64,000 bases of DNA. It comes from Bacillota bacterium. Its GTDB lineage: Bacteria > Bacillota > Dehalobacteriia > UBA4068. Numbering within the stretch: position 1 is the first letter of the stretch; each line of letters begins with the position of its first letter. The notes beneath the pieces are model-generated. The model was not told the origin of the DNA, did no database searches, and saw nothing but the letters and a program-made list of their open reading frames with translations. This document shows positions 57,430 through 64,000 of this stretch, one piece after another. The DNA lies in NCBI GenBank assembly GCA_031553915.1, contig JAVBKT010000002.1, positions 148,109-212,108 of the forward strand, written 5' to 3'. A program made the position numbers and the translations under genes.

Positions 57430-57685
57430 TTTGCATCAACCTTTCTTCGATCTGCTCCCACAACTCGTCGCTTAGCTTAACTTTGAGTGAGCGGTCAAAA
57501 GACCGCTGCTTCTTGCCTTTTTTCAAACACTCCGGATCATTACAGATATAGGCGCCGCGGCCAGGCTGTTTCCCTGTCTCATCAATCAGCACTTGCCCTT
57601 CCTTGTTCCGTACCAAACGCAATAATTCCGCCTTTGGCTTAACTTTGCGGCAAACAGCGCATATCCGCTCCGGTTGTTTCTTCAT
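57413..57685 (-). CDS. ylxR: YlxR/RnpM (DUF448) RNA-binding protein
   Basis: 90 aa. RICAVCRKVKPKAELLRLVR...GRGAYIC motif. Located between nusA and ylxQ. Confidence 0.8.
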   Translation of the reverse strand: MKKQPERICAVCRKVKPKAELLRLVRNKEGQVLIDETGKQPGRGAYICNDPECLKKGKKQRSFDRSLKVKLSDELWEQIEERLMQSGRSD

Positions 57686-58869
57686 TAATCCTCTTGCTCC
57701 TCCGCCTGCTCTGTCTTATCATCTATCGTGTCTTCTGTTTCCGGCTCTGCGGCTACATCTGCTTGTTCATCATATTCATCCTCAGCAGAGCTATAATATT
57801 CTTCACCATTATCCTCGCTATCATGCGCTTCCAGCTCTTCCATTTGGCTCTCGCTCTTAATGTCGATTTTCCATCCGGTTAAGCGGGCTGCCAGGCGCGC
57901 GTTTTGGCCTTCTTTGCCAATGGCCAGAGACAGCTGGAAATCCGGCACCACCACGCGGGTGAATTTATCGTCTTCATCGATTTCCACAGAAATAGCTTTA
58001 GCCGGGGAAAGAGCATTGCTGACATAAATAGCCGGGTTTTCGTCCCAGCGGATAATCTCAATTTTTTCGCCATCCAGCTCGTTCACAATAGCCTGGACAC
58101 GCATACCCTTGGCGCCGACACAAGCGCCCACCGGATCAACATTGGAATTATTGCTGCAAACCGCAATTTTGGAACGCCAGCCTGGCTCGCGCACTACGGA
58201 TTTGATCTCGACAGTGCCGTCCTGAATCTCCGGAACCTCCCGTTCAAAGAGGCATTTGAGTAACCCGGGATGCGTACGGGAAACCAAAATCTGCGGCCCT
58301 TTGGTGGTCTTGCGTACTTCCAGAACATACACTTTCAGCCGATTGCCCTGGCGGTAATTCTCACGGGGAATTTGTTCAGATGGGGCAAGCAAACCTTCGC
58401 TTTTGCCCAGGTCAATAAAAACATTTTTGCCCTCAACCCGCAAAACAGTGGCCGAAATAATATCATCTTTTTTAGTAGAATATTTATCATAAACCATATT
58501 GCGTTCGGCCTCACGAATACGCTGAACTACAACATGTTTAGCTGTCTGGGCAGCAATACGGCCAAAGCTGCGCGGCGTTACCTCTGATTCGAAAATGTCG
58601 CCAATCTCGAATTCTTCATCATACTCCTGCGCCTCTGCCAAGGACATTTCCATCGTGGGGTCAAGGACTTCCTCAACAACTTCTTTGCGGTAAATAACGT
58701 GGATTTCACCACTATTACGGTTAATTTCGACGCGTACATTTTGGGAAGAGCCATAATTTTTCTTATAGGCTGAGATCAATGCCGCCTCAATGGCCTCGAT
58801 TAAAACATCCATCTCAATGCCACGTTCTTTTTCTAAATCTTTGAGTGCCTCAATGAATTCAATATTCAT
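57685..58869 (-). CDS. nusA: Transcription termination/antitermination factor NusA
   Basis: 394 aa. NusA N-domain, S1 and two KH domains, and an acidic C-terminal tail. Confidence 0.95.
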   Translation of the reverse strand: MNIEFIEALKDLEKERGIEMDVLIEAIEAALISAYKKNYGSSQNVRVEINRNSGEIHVIYRKEVVEEVLDPTMEMSLAEAQEYDEEFEIGDIFESEVTPRSFGRIAAQTAKHVVVQRIREAERNMVYDKYSTKKDDIISATVLRVEGKNVFIDLGKSEGLLAPSEQIPRENYRQGNRLKVYVLEVRKTTKGPQILVSRTHPGLLKCLFEREVPEIQDGTVEIKSVVREPGWRSKIAVCSNNSNVDPVGACVGAKGMRVQAIVNELDGEKIEIIRWDENPAIYVSNALSPAKAISVEIDEDDKFTRVVVPDFQLSLAIGKEGQNARLAARLTGWKIDIKSESQMEELEAHDSEDNGEEYYSSAEDEYDEQADVAAEPETEDTIDDKTEQAEEQED

Positions 58870-58927
58870 TTTTCTTGCTCCTTATTAAGTTTTCTTTCTT
58901 CAGGTTTTTTCAGCTTTATTTGTCGCA

Positions 58928-59413
58928 CTAAAAATCCGCCAGCAAATGGGCCTTAGCCACTTCACTCAAGTCAAAAGTGAGCTCTACGCCATCCTGGTCC
59001 AGCAGTAAACCGCCTTCGCTGAGGCCAAGTAAAACTCCCTGAAATTCCTTTTTCCCCTCTTTGGGCGAATAAAGGCGTACCATAATTTTCTGCCCGGCAT
59101 AACGTGCAAAATCCTCTTCCCTTTTCAAGGGACGCTCTAAGCCGGGAGAGCTTACTTCCAGATAATAGCTTTGCGGAATAGGATCAGCAATATCCAGGGC
59201 TGCGCTAACTTTTTCGCTGAGCTTTTCGCAAAGCTCATGATCAACCGGGATCTCCCGGTCAATAAATATCCGCAAATACCAAGAGCCTGCTTCGCGGACA
59301 TATTCGACATCAATAAGCTCGGCGCCGCAATCAGCAGCGAGGGGCTCGATCAGTTGCCAAAGATCTTTTTCAATTTTATTATAGTCTACCACAAAACCTT
59401 TTTTCTTGACCAT
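58928..59413 (-). CDS. rimP: Ribosome maturation factor RimP
   Basis: 161 aa. The RimP pattern (YLRIFIDRE, LEVSSPGLERPL) lies upstream of nusA. Confidence 0.9.
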   Translation of the reverse strand: MVKKKGFVVDYNKIEKDLWQLIEPLAADCGAELIDVEYVREAGSWYLRIFIDREIPVDHELCEKLSEKVSAALDIADPIPQSYYLEVSSPGLERPLKREEDFARYAGQKIMVRLYSPKEGKKEFQGVLLGLSEGGLLLDQDGVELTFDLSEVAKAHLLADF

Positions 59414-59594
59414 ATTCCTCTGTCCTAAAAATAATCATAACTGCTTTTTTCAAAAGAAAAAGTGGGAATAATCCCCACTTTCGCTCAAGCAACAATTCAA
59501 CATCCTGTATTTTACCATATAAATCTCTAAAAAGCAAGTAAAAAAACACCAGTAAAACTTACTCTTTTAATATAAATAATTTTTAAATTGCTTG

Positions 59595-60956
59595 CTACTC
59601 TTCAATTAAGCCTAAACTACAGGCGGAACGGCGGTACATTAGGGCCTGCCAGGTTAAGGGGCCAACAGCGCCGGTAATTGTTTGGCCCTCCTGCGCCTGC
59701 AACTGACGGATAGCCTCGGCGGTTGGCTCATCATAAACGCCTGTCACCTCCACTGCCGGCAATGTCCCTTCATACTGAGCAATAACATTAATCGCCTCTT
59801 GGATATGCCGCACCGATTCGCTGGCTTCGCCCAGGGTAATATAATGCCCTGGATACACTCTCCCCAACTGCGCTTGAAAATTCTCCGGCAGCCCGGAGAC
59901 TATTTGTTCATAAATATCTACCAAGGTAAGCCAAGTTGTCCGGTCTACCACCCCGGTGACAGGTAAACCCTGCCGCTCCTGAAAAGCGCGTACAGCCAAG
60001 GCAGTAGGCGCGTCATAGTTGCCGGTAATTTCCAAAAAGGGTAACTCTGTGACAAAGCTGCCCAAAAAGGACAAATAGTATTGCAGAGCTCTGATGATTT
60101 GGCCGGTCATCCCTTCATGCAGCTCTTCGGGATATAGTCTTTCTGCTTCGGCGATGGATAGCCCTTCGCTGACCAGCTCGCAAAGACCTTTTACCGCCAG
60201 ATAACGCCTTTTAATCGCATACCAGGTAGCCCGGTCAACAATACCTGTTTGCGGCAAATTGAAAATTTGCTGGAAGGCCCGCACCGCCTCCTCTGTAGAA
60301 ACGTCAAACACCCCGTTAGTCTCATCAATATGCGGAATAGCCGGAAAATTGACGCCGATACGGTTGAGCTGCTGTTGAATAGTGCGCACCTCTTCTACCA
60401 GGTCTCCACGTTCCAGGGGAAAGCCGGGATAAGAGGGAATAATGTCTGCAACCGGGGCGTCAACTACTCTTTCTATATTATCCCCATAATAATAGCGCAA
60501 AATTTCCATATCTGTCAGTCCCTGCTCAGCCAAAGGCACTGTTCCCCATTGCGACAAACCATCGCATATGGTGGTGGTACCGTTGCAATAGGCTGTAAAA
60601 AAAGGAGCAATGCTGCCTTCCTGGACAATATAATCATTGAACAGCTCATCAATCAGCGCCGAAATATTGGCAAAAATTTCACGGTTTGGGTCATAGGATT
60701 GATCAAACTGCGTTATTGAGGTTATATCAAAATCATAGCCCTGGGTAGGATACCATTCATTATAAACCCGGTTCAGGGCAAAAGTAACCTGAGCGAGAAT
60801 ATTGGCGCGCAGCGCAGCCTCCGGCCAGGTTGGATATACTTCCCCTGAGGCGACATTTTTTATATAATCGATAAAAGGAACGGTAACGTTTTCTGCCTCT
60901 TGGTCAGGCGCGCCTAAATGAACCGTAATCGAAGTGGGAATTACCGGATAAGCCAT
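59595..60956 (-). CDS. SpoIID/LytB-domain protein with three C-terminal peptidoglycan-binding (PG_binding_1) repeats
   Basis: 453 aa. The N-terminal region FIDYIKNVASGEVYPTWPEAALRANILAQVTFALNRV resembles the SpoIID/LytB core. Three PG_binding_1-like repeats follow (TG.YD..T..A.R.FQ...L..TG.V...TW..L). No N-terminal signal peptide is evident. Confidence 0.55.
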   Translation of the reverse strand: MAYPVIPTSITVHLGAPDQEAENVTVPFIDYIKNVASGEVYPTWPEAALRANILAQVTFALNRVYNEWYPTQGYDFDITSITQFDQSYDPNREIFANISALIDELFNDYIVQEGSIAPFFTAYCNGTTTICDGLSQWGTVPLAEQGLTDMEILRYYYGDNIERVVDAPVADIIPSYPGFPLERGDLVEEVRTIQQQLNRIGVNFPAIPHIDETNGVFDVSTEEAVRAFQQIFNLPQTGIVDRATWYAIKRRYLAVKGLCELVSEGLSIAEAERLYPEELHEGMTGQIIRALQYYLSFLGSFVTELPFLEITGNYDAPTALAVRAFQERQGLPVTGVVDRTTWLTLVDIYEQIVSGLPENFQAQLGRVYPGHYITLGEASESVRHIQEAINVIAQYEGTLPAVEVTGVYDEPTAEAIRQLQAQEGQTITGAVGPLTWQALMYRRSACSLGLIEE

Positions 60957-61011
60957 TATATCTCCTCTCTTATTACACTAGCAGGCTAACAAATATCGCC
61001 GCCATAGCCAT

Positions 61012-61398
61012 TTATAGCTGGTTGCTAAAATTATTGAGCGGAGACATTTCATGTATGGTGGTGATAGTATCAAAAACCGGCACGGTCGCATAACCATCAA
61101 GAAAGCCGCTGCGGCTAATAAACAGATCATAGATGATTCCGGCATAGGGGACTAAAGCCGGTGACAGCGAAAATTCTTTGGCTAAAGCAGGTAAACCTAA
61201 AAATTCAGAAATGCCATTGGCATCTGTATGTGACTCCGCCATTTTATAGCTGACGCCGTCAATTATTTTGCTCACTATTACATGCGCGCCTTCAATTGGC
61301 TTAGCCCCGCCTTGGATAATCAGATGCACTTTTATATTACCGCGGCCCTGATTCTGCTGCAAAAAATCAAGGAAAGCCTGGTCTTGATACATTTCCAT
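61012..61398 (-). CDS. Hypothetical protein, possibly with a carboxypeptidase-regulatory-like beta-sandwich domain
   Basis: 128 aa. VHLIIQGGAKPIEGAHVIVSKIIDGVSYKMAESHTDANGIS resembles a CarboxypepD_reg-type segment. The call is weak. Confidence 0.35.
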   Translation of the reverse strand: MEMYQDQAFLDFLQQNQGRGNIKVHLIIQGGAKPIEGAHVIVSKIIDGVSYKMAESHTDANGISEFLGLPALAKEFSLSPALVPYAGIIYDLFISRSGFLDGYATVPVFDTITTIHEMSPLNNFSNQL

Positions 61399-61582
61399 AA
61401 TTAGCCCTCTTTATACTTTGTTTATTTATAATACTCAAAATATGTATGTAAGCGGGTTAAATATACCTAAATAGAGAAAGAATAAAAAAGGAAAACCTGC
61501 TTTTAAAATATAATATAAATATTATGGTTAATTATGATAAGGTCACTTGATAGTTTGATAGGTTTATGAAGGAGGCACAAAA

Positions 61583-62854
61583 ATGCTAACCGCGATCACT
61601 GGCGTTAACTGGGGCGATGAAGGCAAAGGCCGCATGGTGGATCTGCTGGCAGAGCATCAGGATATTGTGGTACGTTATCAAGGCGGCAATAATGCCGGAC
61701 ACACTGTCGTCAACCAACATGGCAAGGTTATTCTTAATTTACTGCCGTCCGGTATTCTGCGTGAAAATGTTGTCAATATTTTAGGAAACGGCATGGCTAT
61801 TGATTTAGCGCATTTACAAGGAGAGATGGCCCGTGTGCGCGAAATCGGCATAAAAATTTCTCCGGCAAACTTAAAGATCAGCGATAAGGCGATTATCTGT
61901 ATGCCGTATCATGTTGCCCAGGACTGCTTGGAGGAAGAGCGCCTGGAGGATGCCAAATACGGTTCTACCCGGCGCGGTATCAGTCCGGTTTATGGCGATA
62001 AATATATGAAAAAGGCGCTGCGTATGGGCGATTTATTGCACCCCGAATATCTGCGGCAGCGTTTAAGCGGTATTATGGAGTGGAAAAATCTCACCCTCGA
62101 AAAGGTTTATGGCAGCTCCCCCTATACCCTTGAAGATATGCTAGAGTGGCTGGACGAAAACGGCAGCCCCATTCTTGAATATATTTGCGATACCGGCGCT
62201 TTTTTGCGCGAAGCAGCCAGCTCCGGCAAAAGGATTATGTTTGAGGCGCAGTTGGGCGCTTTGCGTGACATCGATTTCGGCATCTACCCCTATACCAGCA
62301 GCAGCTCCACTATTGCCGCGTACGCTCCGGTGGGCGCAGGCGTTCCGGGGCTGACCCTGGACAATGTTATCGGCGTGATCAAGGCCTATTCCTCCTGTGT
62401 CGGCGAGGGTCCCTTCACTGCGGAAATGTTTGGCGAAGAGGCGGAACTGCTGCGTGCCGCCGGCAATGAATACGGCGCTGCTACCGGGCGTCCCCGCCGG
62501 GTCGGCGGCTTCGACGTGGTGGCCTCGCGCTATGGCGTGACCATGCAAGGCGCAGCCGAGCTAGCAATAACCAAGCTGGATGTTTTGTCTTATCTGGAGC
62601 AAATCCCCGTAGTAGTGGCCTATGATGTGGCCGGTAAACGGCTCTCTGACTTCCCTCTTGGTAAAGATCTGGAAATTGCCCAGCCGGTTATCCGCTATCT
62701 GCCGGGCTGGAAATGCGATATCAGCGGCTGCCGCAGCTTTGACGCTTTGCCAAAAGAGGCTCAGGACTATGTTAAATTTATCGAAAAAGAAATGGCTTGC
62801 CCGCTCACCTATATTTCTGTCGGGGCGGAACGCGAAGCTATCATTATACCTTAG
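61583..62854 (+). CDS. purA: Adenylosuccinate synthetase
   Basis: 423 aa. GVNWGDEGKGRMVD P-loop and GGNNAGHTV motif. RBS GAAGGAGG precedes the ATG. Confidence 0.95.
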   Translation: MLTAITGVNWGDEGKGRMVDLLAEHQDIVVRYQGGNNAGHTVVNQHGKVILNLLPSGILRENVVNILGNGMAIDLAHLQGEMARVREIGIKISPANLKISDKAIICMPYHVAQDCLEEERLEDAKYGSTRRGISPVYGDKYMKKALRMGDLLHPEYLRQRLSGIMEWKNLTLEKVYGSSPYTLEDMLEWLDENGSPILEYICDTGAFLREAASSGKRIMFEAQLGALRDIDFGIYPYTSSSSTIAAYAPVGAGVPGLTLDNVIGVIKAYSSCVGEGPFTAEMFGEEAELLRAAGNEYGAATGRPRRVGGFDVVASRYGVTMQGAAELAITKLDVLSYLEQIPVVVAYDVAGKRLSDFPLGKDLEIAQPVIRYLPGWKCDISGCRSFDALPKEAQDYVKFIEKEMACPLTYISVGAEREAIIIP

Positions 62855-62873
62855 CCGTAAACAAATACTAATT

Positions 62874-62916
62874 AAAAAAACAGAACACCTTTTGGTAAAG
62901 GCTGTTCTGTTTTTTA
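62874..62916 (+). terminator. purA rho-independent terminator
   Basis: Hairpin AACAGAACACC-TTTTGGTAAAGG-CTGTTCTGTT followed by TTTTT. Confidence 0.6.
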
Positions 62917-62928
62917 GAGGAGAGGCCC

Positions 62929-63804
62929 GTGACCATAATTTCAAATTATGCAGCGATAGATATTGGCTCTAACACTGTGCAGCTGATGCTGGCGCAAACA
63001 CAAAACCAGCGCATCATCACCAGCAGCAATCATATTATTACCACTCGCCTGGGGCAAACAGACAGCAATAAAAACCTCAGCACAGAGGCCATATCAGCTA
63101 CGGCGGAAGCAGTGGCAAATTTTTGCGAAGAGGCAAAAGAAGCAGATGTGCAAAAAATACGTATTATTGCCACCTCAGCAGTGCGTGATGCCGGTAATAA
63201 ACAAGCTCTGCTCAAGGCCATTGCCGCCAAAACTGCCGTGCCCATTGAGATTCTCTCCGGCGAGGAAGAAGCGCTGATGTCCTATCGCGGCGCCAGAGCC
63301 AGCCTCAATTTTCCCCTGGGTACGCCGGTGCTTGATGTTGGCGGCTCTTCCACTGAGCTGATTTATCAACTGAGCGACAAAGAGGTTTTTTGCACCAGCG
63401 CTGATATCGGCGCAGTACGCATGTATACAAACAACTGGAGTCGAGACTATTTGCAGCAGCTGATTGCCGAGTCTTTTTCCACTAAGAACAACAGCTATTT
63501 TGCCGTTGGCATCGGCGGAACCATTACTGCTATCGCTGGTGTGGTCCTGGGGCTCTTCGCCTTTGAGCGGGAGACTATTGAAGGCTCCTCGCTTTATTTG
63601 CCTCACCTTGAGCAGCTTTTAGCAGAAATCCAGCCGCTGTCGCTGGAGGCGCGGCACGCTTATTCGCCGCTGCTAGCGCAAAGGGCTGAAATCATTGAAC
63701 CGGGGCTGCTGATTTGGCTCAGTTTGATGGAAAGGCTCAATTTACGAAAAATTCTTGTTTGCGGCGGCGGAATCCTAGACGGAGCCATAGTTGATATGTT
63801 ATAA
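62929..63804 (+). CDS. Ppx/GppA family phosphatase (exopolyphosphatase-like)
   Basis: 291 aa. N-terminal AAIDIGSNTVQLMLA and LDVGGSSTEL actin-fold motifs of the Ppx/GppA family. Confidence 0.85.
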   Translation: MTIISNYAAIDIGSNTVQLMLAQTQNQRIITSSNHIITTRLGQTDSNKNLSTEAISATAEAVANFCEEAKEADVQKIRIIATSAVRDAGNKQALLKAIAAKTAVPIEILSGEEEALMSYRGARASLNFPLGTPVLDVGGSSTELIYQLSDKEVFCTSADIGAVRMYTNNWSRDYLQQLIAESFSTKNNSYFAVGIGGTITAIAGVVLGLFAFERETIEGSSLYLPHLEQLLAEIQPLSLEARHAYSPLLAQRAEIIEPGLLIWLSLMERLNLRKILVCGGGILDGAIVDML

Positions 63805-63853
63805 TCAGCAAAATTGGTGTAAAATATAACATATATCTTACTTAAGGTGCATT

Positions 63854-64000
63854 ATGGATTTTGTCAAGGCAAAAATTATGCTCAACCAAAAAATAGCGGG
63901 CAAAGACGGTTTTTATCGTCTGCTGTTTGCCGCGCCGCAAATTGCGGCAGTTGCCCGCTCCGGCCAATTTCTGATGATTCCCCCTTCGACAAATGACTAC
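63854..64000 (+). CDS. PyrK-like FAD/NAD-binding oxidoreductase subunit (dihydroorotate dehydrogenase electron-transfer subunit family). Partial: it runs off the window end.
   Basis: N-terminus MDFVKAKIMLNQKIAGKDGFYRLLFAAPQIAAVARSGQFLMI matches the PyrK/NfnA-type N-terminal pattern (I..N..IA...Y.L......PGQF..I). RBS AAGGTG. Confidence 0.45.
   Translation, partial: MDFVKAKIMLNQKIAGKDGFYRLLFAAPQIAAVARSGQFLMIPPSTNDY

Overview
This 64 kb window is a chromosomal segment from a Firmicutes-type endospore former, and at least 80% of it is conserved housekeeping and sporulation genes. The organism call rests on spore genes (CotF-like coat proteins, dpaAB, tepA/ylzJ, a SpoIID-domain protein), a T-box leader, and the gene order rimP-nusA-ylxR-ylxQ-infB-rbfA-nrnA-truB/ribF-rpsO and minC-mutS-mutL-miaA-hfq-dpaAB-asd-dapA-rnj-tepA-ylzJ-uppP-ftsK-rimO-pgsA-cinA. 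Other recognisable core genes include pfp, ppiB, typA, fba, feoA-feoA-feoB with a small Cys-rich FeoB-associated protein, ftsH, purA and ppx. An accessory-looking block lies between about 16.8 and 26.4 kb. It holds a TetR regulator, a membrane-anchored XRE regulator, a Cys-rich triple Flg_new-repeat protein, a hybrid histidine kinase, an Ada-AlkA fusion with ogt, DJ-1 and TraB-like genes, a large-serine-recombinase fragment, and tRNA-Leu(CAG). The most striking finding is a clear T-box leader (49365-49640, minus strand) with a probable tyrosine (UAC) specifier. It controls an AMP-dependent ligase plus an FTCD-C cyclodeaminase-family gene rather than an aminoacyl-tRNA synthetase. Also notable are a DtxR-family regulator gene that seems co-transcribed with a permease-less TAXI binding protein and a DUF1850 gene, divergent from feoAAB across a promoter carrying GTTAGC palindromes. 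Further oddities are an in-frame truB-ribF fusion, an RNase J with a ~155 aa basic N-terminal extension, and a zinc-ribbon gene that overlaps the ftsH start. No CRISPR array, rRNA gene or intact mobile element was found. All calls come from reading the sequence and the ORF translations by eye; no database search was possible.
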